Of a stretch of 64,000 nucleotides of DNA, positions 1 through 8,963 are shown piece after piece. The notes under the pieces are model-generated. The model ran no database searches, had not been told where the DNA came from, and saw nothing but the letters and a program-made list of their open reading frames with translations. The DNA is from an uncultured Acidobacteriota bacterium (GTDB lineage: Bacteria; Acidobacteriota; Terriglobia; Terriglobales; Acidobacteriaceae), in NCBI GenBank assembly GCA_963788605.1, contig CAWBHD010000015.1, forward strand, positions 26,739 through 90,738. Reading direction: 5' to 3'. The position numbers were made by a program, and so were the translations under genes. The stretch's first letter is position 1; every line of letters begins with the position of its first letter.

Positions 1-1077
1 GTAAATAAATCGGGTCGCCGTATCCGGCGTGGGCAGAGCTGCCTCTAGCGCCTGATCCACCGCCACCTGCAACTCGTCCTCGACCTGCTTCTCAAGTTTG
101 TTGATGCCCTTCTCGTCGAGGATGCCCTCGCGTATCAGAAACATCTGCATGCGCGTAATGGGATCGCGTGTCGCGTCCTTTTCGCGTTCCGCATCTGGGC
201 GGTAAAGCCGCTCATCATCGGAAAGCGAATGCGAATACGGACGGATCACATGCGCATGGATAAACCCCGGCCCTTCCCCCGCCCGGCAATACGCCACGGT
301 CCGGGCAAATGCCGCATAAGACGCAACCGGATCGGTTCCATCAATTTCTTCAAAATGGAAATTGGGAAAGCCAGCCACCAGCCGCGAAATATTTCCTCCC
401 GAAGTCTGAACTTCCACGGGAACCGAGATCGCATATCCATTGTCCTGCACCACAAACAATACCGGCAACTTGCAATTGGACGCGGTGTTCATCCCCTCCC
501 AGAACTCACCCTCGCTGGTCGTGCCATCGCCCAGCGAAACATAAGTAACTTCATCGCCCTTAAACTGGACATCCCTGAATTGGCGGTAGTCTCCCTCGCC
601 CTTCTTCGCCGCCGCCGGATGCGCTGCAAAATATCGCCCTGCTTCCGCGCAACCCACCGCCTGCAAAACTTGCGATCCGGTAGGAGAAGACTGCGTCACC
701 ACATTCAATTTCGGAAAACCCCAATGCGAAGGCATCTGCCGCCCACCCGATTGCGGATCATCCGCCGCACCCACCGCCATCAGCAGCATCTCGTAAGGCG
801 TCGCTCCCAGAGCCAGGCACAGCGCCCGGTCGCGATAGTAGGGATAAAACCAGTCGTAAGCCGGCTTAAGCGTAAAGCCCGCAGCCAACCCGACAGCCTC
901 ATGGCCCGCCCCGGAAATCTGGAAAAAGATTTTCTGCTGCCGCTTGAGCAGGATTTCGCGGTCATCCACCCGCCGTGAGGTATACATGATCCGGTAGGCT
1001 TCAACCAGTTGCTCGCGAGAAAGCCCTTCATAGGTCTTCCCCACCCCGGCAGGCTTGGAATCAGTCTTAGTCGCCAT
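1..1077 (-). CDS. TPP-dependent 2-oxo acid dehydrogenase E1 component, alpha subunit (pyruvate/acetoin/branched-chain family); 3' end runs off the window
   Basis: Absent from the ORF track because there is no stop inside the window. Hand translation of the reverse strand from ATG at 1077 gives MATKTDSKPAGVGKTYEGLSREQLVEAYRIMYTSRRVDDREILLKRQQKIFFQISGAGHEAVGLAAG... The TPP motif VSLGDGTTSEGEFWEGMNTA is encoded at 481-540. The frame stays open to base 1 (359 codons). Confidence 0.85.
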   Translation of the reverse strand, partial: MATKTDSKPAGVGKTYEGLSREQLVEAYRIMYTSRRVDDREILLKRQQKIFFQISGAGHEAVGLAAGFTLKPAYDWFYPYYRDRALCLALGATPYEMLLMAVGAADDPQSGGRQMPSHWGFPKLNVVTQSSPTGSQVLQAVGCAEAGRYFAAHPAAAKKGEGDYRQFRDVQFKGDEVTYVSLGDGTTSEGEFWEGMNTASNCKLPVLFVVQDNGYAISVPVEVQTSGGNISRLVAGFPNFHFEEIDGTDPVASYAAFARTVAYCRAGEGPGFIHAHVIRPYSHSLSDDERLYRPDAEREKDATRDPITRMQMFLIREGILDEKGINKLEKQVEDELQVAVDQALEAALPTPDTATRFIY

Positions 1078-1246
1078 CGCGTCCCATTGTAAATGCAGAG
1101 CAGTGGTTGAGAACAGCATTAGCCAATTCAGCACTTAGCCCTTGGCAATTGGCCCTCAGCAAATAGGCTGACCAACCCCTTGTACGACTAAATGCCAAAT
1201 GACAAGTGCTAATTGCCGCCATGGCTGGATGCTATTCTAAAAATCA

Positions 1247-1933
1247 ATGATCCAATTCCACCGCAAATTCGATCCTCACAAGATCAAGCTTCTCATCTTC
1301 GATCTCGACGGCACCCTGATCGACTCCCGCCTCGACCTGATCCACTCGGTCAACGCGATGCTCAAGCATTTTGGACGCCCCAAACTCCCCGGCGATGTAA
1401 TCGCTTCCTACGTAGGCGATGGTGCCCCCATGCTGGTCCGCCGTGCCCTGGGCGATCCCCGCGATGAAGGCCTGGTAAAGGAAGGCCTCGAGCACTTCCT
1501 CGGTTACTACCGCGAGCACAAACTCGACCACACCCATCTCTACGACGGCATTAAAGCCATGCTGACCGCGATTCGCAACGCCCACGGAATCCCGCGAAAG
1601 ATGGCTGTCCTCTCCAACAAGCCGGTCAACCCCTCGCGAGCCATCGTAGAAGCCCTCGGCATCGCGGAGTTCTTCCTCCACGTCTATGGCGGAAACAGCT
1701 TCCCCACCAAAAAGCCCGATCCGAAAGGCGCCCAGACCATCCTGAAAGAAACCGGAACCAGTCCACAGGAAACTCTGATGGTCGGTGATTCCTCGGTCGA
1801 CGTGATCACCGGTCGTAACGCCACCCTCTGGACCTGCGGCGTAACCTATGGCTTCGCCCCCCACACCCTCTGCGAAGCCCCGCCAGACGTGGTCGTAGAC
1901 AAGCCGCAAGAACTAGCAGAACTATTCGCATGA
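1247..1933 (+). CDS. HAD-IA family hydrolase, phosphoglycolate phosphatase-like
   Basis: 228-aa ORF with ATG start. HAD motif I is FDLDGTLIDS; later motifs are SNKP, KKPDP and MVGDSSVDVITG. Confidence 0.85.
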   Translation: MIQFHRKFDPHKIKLLIFDLDGTLIDSRLDLIHSVNAMLKHFGRPKLPGDVIASYVGDGAPMLVRRALGDPRDEGLVKEGLEHFLGYYREHKLDHTHLYDGIKAMLTAIRNAHGIPRKMAVLSNKPVNPSRAIVEALGIAEFFLHVYGGNSFPTKKPDPKGAQTILKETGTSPQETLMVGDSSVDVITGRNATLWTCGVTYGFAPHTLCEAPPDVVVDKPQELAELFA

Positions 1934-1944
1934 GACCTGGCATT

Positions 1945-1974
1945 CCTTTGTGAACCTTAGTGTCCTTTGTGGTT
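1945..1974. repeat. 30-nt intergenic repeat CCTTTGTGAACCTTAGTGTCCTTTGTGGTT (three tandem CCTT[T/A]GTG units)
   Basis: Exact reverse complement occurs at 13751-13780. A 28/30 copy is at 26441-26470 and a half copy at 3423-3441. All copies are in intergenic spacers. Confidence 0.8.
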
Positions 1975-2014
1975 AACGCCTTTCGCCAATCAACAAGATA
2001 AACTCAACCAGAGA

Positions 2015-2611
2015 ATGAACTTCACCCCAGCCGAACTCCGCAAGCTGCGAAGCCTGAAAACCCCACACGGCATCCAGCGATTCTTAGACGACATGCCCTA
2101 TCACCTCGCCGACACCGCCTGGTCCCCGCGCCGCGTCCTGAAGGAAAATACTTCGCACTGCTTCGAGGGAGCCACTCTGGCCGCCGCCGCTTTGCGTGCC
2201 AACGGCTACCCTCCACTGGTCTTCGACCTCGAAGCCGTACAGGACACCGACCACGTCGTCGCCATCTACCGCATCAAGGGCCACTGGGGAGCCATCGCCA
2301 AATCCAACTACACCGGATGCCGCTACCGCGAACCTGTCTATCGCACTCTGCGCGAGCTAGCCTTGAGTTATTTCGATGTCTACTTCAATCTCCGCGGTGA
2401 CCGCTCCCTGCGAACTTTCTCGCGCCCAGTAAATCTCGCCCGCTTCGACCGCCGTGACTGGATGATCACTGACGAACACCTCTGGTTCATTGCCGAGTAC
2501 CTGTTCACCATCCGTCATCACCCACTCCTTCGCCCTGGCATGGCCGCGCGCCTGCATCGCTTGGACAACCGATCCTTCCGCGCCGGCTGCCTGGGCCGAG
2601 CCGAAAAGTAA
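2015..2611 (+). CDS. conserved hypothetical protein, possible transglutaminase-like Cys-peptidase fold
   Basis: ORF 1967..2611. The TTG at 1967 lies inside the repeat, so ATG 2015 (MNFTPAELRK) is preferred. A Cys...His arrangement (SHCFEGATLAAAALRANGYPP ... DTDHVVAIY ... GHWGAI) resembles the transglutaminase core. The fold call is inference. Confidence 0.6.
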   Translation: MNFTPAELRKLRSLKTPHGIQRFLDDMPYHLADTAWSPRRVLKENTSHCFEGATLAAAALRANGYPPLVFDLEAVQDTDHVVAIYRIKGHWGAIAKSNYTGCRYREPVYRTLRELALSYFDVYFNLRGDRSLRTFSRPVNLARFDRRDWMITDEHLWFIAEYLFTIRHHPLLRPGMAARLHRLDNRSFRAGCLGRAEK

Positions 2612-2680
2612 ACAGTTATCTCCCCGGGTTCCCACCCTTCCGATACTTGTTTCTCCCGCACCGCGGAATACAATTTGCTC

Positions 2681-3394
2681 ATGAGATCGCTGTTTCTCCT
2701 GCTTCTGTTCGTCGTCCGACTCGCCTCCGCCCAGACGGCCACCGATATGGCGTCCGATGCGCATCATCAACTGCTGCTCGATAACTCGCAGGTCCGTGTA
2801 TTCGCCGTGACTCTGCGTTCCAACGAGCAATCCTTCGTCAGCCACGAACATAATTTCCTCATGGTCACTTTGCAGGATTGCGAAGTCGTCATGTGGCCCG
2901 AAGGACGCTCTGACATTCAAAGCTACCGCCTGGGCGAAGGAGACGTGCGTTTCCTCTTCGCAGGCCGCGCCCGCGGTCTGCGCAACGAACGCAATACCAC
3001 CTACCGCAACATCACGGTTGAGTTTCTCGATCCGAAAGTCACGACCTACAGCTACCAGCGTGACAGTGGAGCCTGGGACTATGGCGACAGCGTGCTTCGT
3101 CCCCCGGTAGATCCCCACGCTAAATTCGCCAACTCACTCGGATTAGGGACCGCAACAGCGACCGACGTGCAACTCCTTCCCGGGGATTCCCTGCCGCTTC
3201 CGGAAAAATTGACCGCCGAGTTGCTGATCCCGGTTAGCGACGTGGATTTCAAAACCGAGAGCGACACCCACATTCGTAAATCCCCCGGCGACGCCGTCTG
3301 GATCCCCGCCGGCCGAAAGTCCAAATTCCTCAACGCCGGCGGCGACCCCGCCCGCTTCATAGTGCTAGAGTTCCCAGAGGCCCCCGCCAAGTAA
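2681..3394 (+). CDS. secreted hypothetical protein (cupin-like repeats possible)
   Basis: ORF 2675..3394. ATG at 2681 gives the signal peptide MRSLFLLLLFVVRLASAQ. No recognisable catalytic motif. Confidence 0.7.
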   Translation: MRSLFLLLLFVVRLASAQTATDMASDAHHQLLLDNSQVRVFAVTLRSNEQSFVSHEHNFLMVTLQDCEVVMWPEGRSDIQSYRLGEGDVRFLFAGRARGLRNERNTTYRNITVEFLDPKVTTYSYQRDSGAWDYGDSVLRPPVDPHAKFANSLGLGTATATDVQLLPGDSLPLPEKLTAELLIPVSDVDFKTESDTHIRKSPGDAVWIPAGRKSKFLNAGGDPARFIVLEFPEAPAK

Positions 3395-3516
3395 AGTAAA
3401 GCGTCAGAACAAACCTTGATGTACCTTCGTGTCCTTTGTGGTGAATGGGTTTAAGGCTGTGGCAAAGCTCCCGGCCGCGAAACTACCCGGAACCAACCGT
3501 GTTTTAATCACGTAGC

Positions 3517-4395
3517 ATGACCATGCCCGCCAAGTCCACGCTTGTTCTCATTCTTCTAGCGGGAACCATCACGCTCGCCCAAAACAACTCTTCTCCCACG
3601 CTTTCCGAGGACCAGATCCGCGCCCTCATCCGCCAAACCGCGGAAAAGGACATGGAGAACGACAAACGCCAGCGCGACTACACATATGTTCAGCGTGAAG
3701 AAGAACATCGACTGGATGGCAAAGGCCAGGCAAAATCTACCGAAATAAAAACTTCTGAGATCATGGAACTCTACGGCGAACAAGTCGAGCGCCTGATCGC
3801 CAAAGACGACAAGCCGCTTTCCGACAAAGAAACGAAAAAAGAAGAGGAAAAGATCCAGAAGCTGATTGACAAGTGCAAGAACGAATCTCCCGAAGACCGT
3901 ATCAAGCGTGAGGAAAAAGAAGAAAAAGATCGCGAGCAAGGCCGCCAGTTCGTGAGCGAAGTGGCAGACGCCTACAACTTCCACTTCGCCGGAATCGAAT
4001 CCCTGGCCGGACGCGACACCTACGTGATCGACGGCGAACCCAAGCCCGGATACGAACCCCATCTGAAAGAAGCGAAGATCCTGCCCAAATTCCGCTTCCG
4101 CGCCTGGATCGATAAAGACGAATCGCAATGGAAAAAACTGGACATCCAGTGCATCGACACAGTTTCACTCGGCCTTTTCCTCGCCCGCATCCACAAAGGC
4201 TCAAGCATCATGCTCGAACAGACCCGTATCAACGATGAGGTCTGGCTCCCGCAACACGTCACGGTCAAGATCGACGTCCGGCTGGCCCTGTTGAAAAACT
4301 TCAACGTAGAAGACGACATCACTTATCGTGACTACAAAAAATTCCGCACCAACACAAGAATCATCCCCATCAGCGAAGCTCAGGAACAACACTGA
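3517..4395 (+). CDS. secreted hypothetical protein with a Lys/Glu-rich segment
   Basis: 292-aa ORF with signal peptide MTMPAKSTLVLILLAGTITLAQ and a charged stretch KETKKEEEKIQKLIDKCKNESPEDRIKREEKEEKDREQ. Confidence 0.7.
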   Translation: MTMPAKSTLVLILLAGTITLAQNNSSPTLSEDQIRALIRQTAEKDMENDKRQRDYTYVQREEEHRLDGKGQAKSTEIKTSEIMELYGEQVERLIAKDDKPLSDKETKKEEEKIQKLIDKCKNESPEDRIKREEKEEKDREQGRQFVSEVADAYNFHFAGIESLAGRDTYVIDGEPKPGYEPHLKEAKILPKFRFRAWIDKDESQWKKLDIQCIDTVSLGLFLARIHKGSSIMLEQTRINDEVWLPQHVTVKIDVRLALLKNFNVEDDITYRDYKKFRTNTRIIPISEAQEQH

Positions 4396-4566
4396 AAGCC
4401 CGTGTAGGGCGGACACTCTTGTCCGCCGCCTTTGAACGTTGCAGTGAAGTTCCAGAATCCAGCCCCGGAAGGGCGAACGAACTTAGCCCAGCACGACAGC
4501 ACTGGGGAAACTAACAGAAACGAAACAAGTCCCGGAGGGACGGCACAGCTCAACCTCCACCGCCAA

Positions 4567-4597
4567 ACAAAAAAATCCTCCCGCACCCGCGGGAGGA
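4567..4597 (-). terminator. rho-independent terminator downstream of TonB receptor 1
   Basis: 9-bp stem TCCTCCCGC (4576-4584) / GCGGGAGGA (4589-4597) with loop ACCC. An A7 run at 4569-4575 becomes a U-tract on the minus strand. It lies 19 nt after the stop at 4616. Confidence 0.75.
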
Positions 4598-4615
4598 TCG
4601 AAGCAAGAACCAATC

Positions 4616-7600
4616 CTAGAACGTGATCTTAGCCGCCAACTGAATACCCCTCGGCCCACCACCACCCAGGAACGGGTTGCCAATACCCACATCGCCGGTA
4701 GCCGTCAGCTGATAGTAGCCGCTGTGCCGTCCCGTCGCCGCGTCTGGCGCGCCGATATTGCCGATGAAGTTCGGCAACAGCGGATTCGAGAAGTTCGGAT
4801 GATTCAGCAGGTTGAAGAACTCCGCGCGGAGCTGCAGCGATACGTGCTCCGTCAGACTGGTATCTTTGAAAACCGAGAAGTTGAACTCCTTGAAACTGGG
4901 TGCCTTCAGCGAGTTGCGTCCCAGATTGCCGAAGTGCCGCGTGCCCGGTACGCAGTTGGTTTCATCGGCGCTGCCGTCGTTGGTCGGATTCCCCCAGGTA
5001 CACGGCGCGGCGAATGCCGACAAGTTCAAATACTGTGACGGATTGCTGGAATACTGCGGAGTTCCGATAATGTCCGGTCGGTCAAATCCTTCCCCGCCTC
5101 CCGAGTATTCCCCCTGAAACTCATAGTTAAGATTCCACGGCTGGCCATCCTGCAGGTTTAGAACTCCGTCCAGGCCCCAACCATTCTTCAGCTTGCTCCA
5201 CGACCCGCTCATCTTGGGGAATTGATAGGTGAAGTTCCAGGTGAAACGTTTGCGAATGTCGAAGCTGGAGTTCCCGCGATTTCCAGCCGGATTCGTGCTG
5301 TCCTGCGGCTGTGCAGCGTTGGGTTCAAAGTCTTCCAGGTCGCTGGCGTCGTCGATGGAGTGCGACCAGACAAAATTCGCCTGCGACGACAACCCGTGCC
5401 AGCCATTGATTCGCAGGCTAGCTTGCAGGGAATGGTAGATGGAGTTCGCCGAGGACTTTTCCTGGTTAATATAGAAAAGATTCGGATAGGTTCGTGGCAC
5501 GCTGTAACCGTTGATACAGTTACAGGCCAAATCCGCCGCCGTGATCTGCGCATGGCTCGGCTGGTTGATATCGTAGAACTGAAACAGCTTCGTCCCCTTC
5601 GATCCAACGTAGCCGATCTGCGCCACCGCCTTGCGCCCCACCTGCTGCTGCAAGTTCAGGTTGAAGTTCTGGATATAAGGCGTGCGCATGTTCGGATCCA
5701 CCGAAAAGAAATCTCCTTCCGGCGCGTACCCCGAATAGACAGGCACTCCGCTCTGTAGCGGCACGCTGTTCGCACTCCCTGTGGCCAGTGCTTGCGGTCC
5801 GAGACCCGGATAGGCCGGCCCTGGACAGAAAACGCAGTTCCACGGCAAGTGACCCAGGAAAATATCCTGCGAGAACGCGTCGTAGAATAGTCCCCATCCT
5901 CCGCGGATCACGGTTTGCCCCTTGCCTGTCAAGTCATAGGCAAAAGACAGCCGGGGAGCGAAGTTGTTGTAATCCTTGCCATATAGCTGGCTGGTGCGAA
6001 CATTGCCTCCACCGTTCGTTGGATCGAAGGCCCACAACAGCCCGTTCTTTTCTCCCGTCACCCCGAAGTAATCCCAGCGCAGGCCGTAGTTGATGGTCAG
6101 TCGCGAATTCATTTGGAAACTGTCTTGAACAAAGAACCCGTGGCTGTTTTGGAAGGTGTGCCGGCTGGAATCCCCGGTTACCTGCTTGCCGCCGTCCGGC
6201 ACTCCAAGCAGGAAGTCCGTCAGGTCATTGAAACTCAGCGTGCCCCGGAAATTGTGATTGATCACGTGCGTGATCGTGGTGCGCCGGAATTCATATCCGA
6301 ATTTTATGTTGTGCCTTCCCGCTTTCCAGGAATAGTTGTCCACAAAATGCCAATTGGAGTCCACGCGATTACGCGGAATTGAGGAGGTTGCACCAATCTG
6401 CGAGAAACTACCAACGCCGATCGCAGGAAGACCTCCGTTATAGGCGTCCACACCCGTATCCAATCCGATCGAATTGGGATTGAAGCTCTGGTCCTCCGGG
6501 AAGAATCCCTCCACAAATCGATTCCATCCCAACCGGGCTTCGTTTATCTGCCGCGAGTTCACCACCTTGACGTAGGAGAGAGACACCAACTGCACACGGG
6601 TCGGGGTGGTCGTGTTGTAACCGGGCAACAGGCCTCCCGCAAGCTGAGCGAAAGGAAAACTTTGCGAGCTGTCGCCAAAGTAGTAGCGGCCGGTCAGCAC
6701 ATTGTTGGGATTGAAGTTGTAGTCAATCTTGCCAATCATGCTGTCCACGCGGTTGAAGAAGCTGGTGGAGGTGGAAACATTGTTGGTAGCGCAACCGCCG
6801 GTGTCACTGGTCGCACCCGCAATATTCGGCGTGGGCCAGGGATTGCGCGCCAGGAGAGCGGTACTTACCGTGTTCACGGTCCCACCGCCCGCGACGATCG
6901 CGGCTTCAGTCGCCGCAATCACGGCTGGATCGGGAACGCAAGTGGTTCCTGCTTGTGCGCCGTTTTCGCGCTGGCCTTCGTAATCCACATAGAAAAAGGC
7001 CTTGTCCTTTACGATCGGACCGCCCAGAGACCCCCCGAATTGATTGTTGTTGAAAGGGCTCTTTGGGTCGGGCTCAAAATTGAAGTAGTTGCGCGCTCCC
7101 ATTTTGCCGGTGCGGAAATATTCCAGCGCTGACCCGTGCCAGGCGTTGCTGCCGCTCTTGGTCACGATATTGATCACGGCTCCGCTATTCCGTCCATACT
7201 CTGCCTCATAGTTGGAGAGTGTGCGCAGTTCAGCCACCGCATCGAGCGGCAGAATCGTCGCCGGGTCGCCGAATACGCCCGCTTCATTGATCGCCGGATC
7301 GTTCCGGTAACCATCGTTCATGTCCGTGCCGTCGAGCAGGAAGTTGTTCGACCGGCCACGCGAGCCGTTCATCGAGAATGTCCCATACGATCCTGGCGAA
7401 TCCGAAATCTGGTCCGGCGAACCCGCTACCCCCGGGTTGAGGTAGATCAGCTTGGTATAGTCCCGGCCGTTCACCGGAAGATTGGCCACTGTCTCGGCGG
7501 TAAGTGTGCCGCCCAAATCGTTCGACGTGGTCTCGACCTGGGGCAGGTCCTCACCCGAAACTTCGACGTGCTCAGACACCTGTCCGGGCTTGAGCACGAC

Positions 7601-7909
7601 GTCCACCCGGCGCTCCGTGGCAACATCCACAGCTACGTTGCTGATCACCGAGGTCTGAAAGCCACTCTGCGAAACCGTAATCGCGTAAGTCCCGAGCTGC
7701 AGTTCCGGCACGGAGTAGCTGCCGTCCGCGCTGGTCTGCGTGGATCGATCCTGCCCGGTGTTGGCGTTATGCACTTTGACCGAGGCGCCCGTAACCACAG
7801 CGCCCGATGCGTCCGTTACCGTCCCCAGAATGGTTCCGCGAAACGTCTGCGCAACCAGCCCGGTTGCCGACATAAGGACCAAAGCTGCCAGGATCATCCG
7901 CAATCTCAT
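4616..7909 (-). CDS. TonB-dependent outer-membrane receptor with N-terminal carboxypeptidase-regulatory-like domain
   Basis: ORF 4616..7945. The internal ATG at 7909 has an AAGGGGAG Shine-Dalgarno and gives the signal peptide MRLRMILAALVLMSATGLVAQ. The CarboxypepD_reg-like start is TFRGTILGTVTDASGAVVTGASVKV. The C-terminus ...LAAKITF ends in an aromatic residue. No frame disruption over 3.3 kb. Confidence 0.9.
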   Translation of the reverse strand: MRLRMILAALVLMSATGLVAQTFRGTILGTVTDASGAVVTGASVKVHNANTGQDRSTQTSADGSYSVPELQLGTYAITVSQSGFQTSVISNVAVDVATERRVDVVLKPGQVSEHVEVSGEDLPQVETTSNDLGGTLTAETVANLPVNGRDYTKLIYLNPGVAGSPDQISDSPGSYGTFSMNGSRGRSNNFLLDGTDMNDGYRNDPAINEAGVFGDPATILPLDAVAELRTLSNYEAEYGRNSGAVINIVTKSGSNAWHGSALEYFRTGKMGARNYFNFEPDPKSPFNNNQFGGSLGGPIVKDKAFFYVDYEGQRENGAQAGTTCVPDPAVIAATEAAIVAGGGTVNTVSTALLARNPWPTPNIAGATSDTGGCATNNVSTSTSFFNRVDSMIGKIDYNFNPNNVLTGRYYFGDSSQSFPFAQLAGGLLPGYNTTTPTRVQLVSLSYVKVVNSRQINEARLGWNRFVEGFFPEDQSFNPNSIGLDTGVDAYNGGLPAIGVGSFSQIGATSSIPRNRVDSNWHFVDNYSWKAGRHNIKFGYEFRRTTITHVINHNFRGTLSFNDLTDFLLGVPDGGKQVTGDSSRHTFQNSHGFFVQDSFQMNSRLTINYGLRWDYFGVTGEKNGLLWAFDPTNGGGNVRTSQLYGKDYNNFAPRLSFAYDLTGKGQTVIRGGWGLFYDAFSQDIFLGHLPWNCVFCPGPAYPGLGPQALATGSANSVPLQSGVPVYSGYAPEGDFFSVDPNMRTPYIQNFNLNLQQQVGRKAVAQIGYVGSKGTKLFQFYDINQPSHAQITAADLACNCINGYSVPRTYPNLFYINQEKSSANSIYHSLQASLRINGWHGLSSQANFVWSHSIDDASDLEDFEPNAAQPQDSTNPAGNRGNSSFDIRKRFTWNFTYQFPKMSGSWSKLKNGWGLDGVLNLQDGQPWNLNYEFQGEYSGGGEGFDRPDIIGTPQYSSNPSQYLNLSAFAAPCTWGNPTNDGSADETNCVPGTRHFGNLGRNSLKAPSFKEFNFSVFKDTSLTEHVSLQLRAEFFNLLNHPNFSNPLLPNFIGNIGAPDAATGRHSGYYQLTATGDVGIGNPFLGGGGPRGIQLAAKITF

Positions 7910-8015
7910 GATCGTTCTCCCCTTCAACGTCAACTTTATTTGCACCGCAGTCGAAATTACCGTCTAGTCTAGCGCTTTTTTCTCTGAAATGGCCGAAGAA
8001 GATTAGGCGTTCATT

Positions 8016-8041
8016 GATAACCAGCAAGATTCCAGCAAGAT
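8016..8041 (-). promoter_or_regulatory. candidate regulator-binding site upstream of TonB receptor 1 (shared 15-mer plus tandem 10-mer)
   Basis: GATAACCAGCAAGAT (8016-8030) matches 14/15 with 48430-48444 upstream of TonB receptor 2. CCAGCAAGAT is repeated at 8021-8030 and 8032-8041 (11-bp period). Confidence 0.4.
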
Positions 8042-8345
8042 ATCAAACCGCTACCTCCCCAGAACCGCTCCCAGAGAAAAAGCATTGTAGCTCATGCCCG
8101 CCGTTGCAAAGCAAGTTACCAGCGTTTTCCGTGTGTCCGTCAACTATGCGGGATCGCCGTCCGCGCCGGTCCCGGCGGTCGAATGAAGCCGCAGGATGGC
8201 CGCTTTCAATGTGAGGTGAGCGGGGCGGCCGCAGAATGCAGCCCGCCGCGCAAGAGTTTGTGGAAAAACGCTGCTTTTGGGCGGCGCGCTGCGCTTCAGT
8301 GTTTCAACGCGCCCCCATAAATCCCAGATGGGCAGTTGCTCCTTC

Positions 8346-8789
8346 TTACATCTTCGTCATCGTGAAGTTTCCCGTCCCGGCACATCCTCCGCTTAGAACC
8401 CAGGTGCCCGTGATCGTATTGTTGCTAACCGTACCTGTCAGGGTCAACGCGTTGCCGGCGGGCGTTCCAGACACGATCGTCAATTGGAAAGACCCCGTGA
8501 CATTGCCATTGAGGGTCCCACTCAGCACGAACGACCCTGTCTGCGTCCCGCCTGAGGTAAAGCAGTCGGTTGTCGTCGTGAAACTCAGATTCGTGCCGGT
8601 CACCACCGTGCTGTTGCCCTGCGCTAGCGACGTGGTGAACGCGAAAGCAGGCGTCGTGTCTGCATTCGTCAACGTCGCCGTCCAATTACCGGTGACCGTT
8701 CCCGTACTGCTCGAGTTGCCGCTACCACCGCCGCATGCAGCCAGCGCAACCCCGAGCGCCAGAACCATCGCGATTCCAAACTGCTTCAT
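8346..8789 (-). CDS. lipoprotein, Thr/Gly/Asn-rich, function unknown
   Basis: 147-aa ORF with a lipobox in MKQFGIAMVLALGVALAACGGGSG. Confidence 0.75.
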   Translation of the reverse strand: MKQFGIAMVLALGVALAACGGGSGNSSSTGTVTGNWTATLTNADTTPAFAFTTSLAQGNSTVVTGTNLSFTTTTDCFTSGGTQTGSFVLSGTLNGNVTGSFQLTIVSGTPAGNALTLTGTVSNNTITGTWVLSGGCAGTGNFTMTKM

Positions 8790-8906
8790 GAACCACTCCT
8801 TAGATACCTGAGATACCCTTTTTCGAACCCAGTTCGTACCTAAAAGTCGCGCCGCTGAGTTGCGGGACCCCGCAGTCCTCGCGGTCGGAGAAGTCGAAAT
8901 ACTGCC

Positions 8907-8939
8907 AAAAACAAAAACGCCCAGCCATCCGGCTGGGCG
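8907..8939 (-). terminator. rho-independent terminator after the ABC ATPase gene
   Basis: 9-bp stem CGCCCAGCC (8918-8926) / GGCTGGGCG (8931-8939) with loop ATCC. The plus-strand CAAAAACAAAAA at 8906-8917 gives a U-rich tract on the minus strand. Confidence 0.8.
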
Positions 8940-8963
8940 TCTACCACATTGGGCTGAAAGCTC

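Noticed and set aside
229-978. Long plus-strand ORF (249 aa) and similar long ORFs antisense to real genes, for example 7136..7972, 14796..15761, 23552..24520, 25297..25995, 25715..26413, 26473..27249, 36230..37015, 41467..42588 and 56138..56767.
   Set aside because: They are shadow ORFs on the opposite strand, or in an alternative frame, of well-supported genes in GC-rich DNA. Their translations are Arg/Pro/Gly/Ala-rich with no family features, whereas the partner frame encodes textbook proteins (E1-alpha, TonB receptor, FtsZ, FtsA, MraY, FtsI, TetR).
1121-1219. Imperfect inverted repeats (GCCAATTCAGCACTT ... AAGTGCTAATTGCC) and CAATTG-like units in the divergent E1-alpha/HAD spacer as an operator or repeat element.
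   Set aside because: The match is imperfect, there is a single locus in the window, and no independent support exists. It may be another REP-type sequence but cannot be supported here.
4408-4427. Hairpin GGCGGACActctTGTCCGCC after the gene at 3517..4395 as a terminator or separate repeat family.
   Set aside because: The 8-bp stem is real, but only a weak T-tract follows and only one copy is present in this window. I noted it but did not call it.
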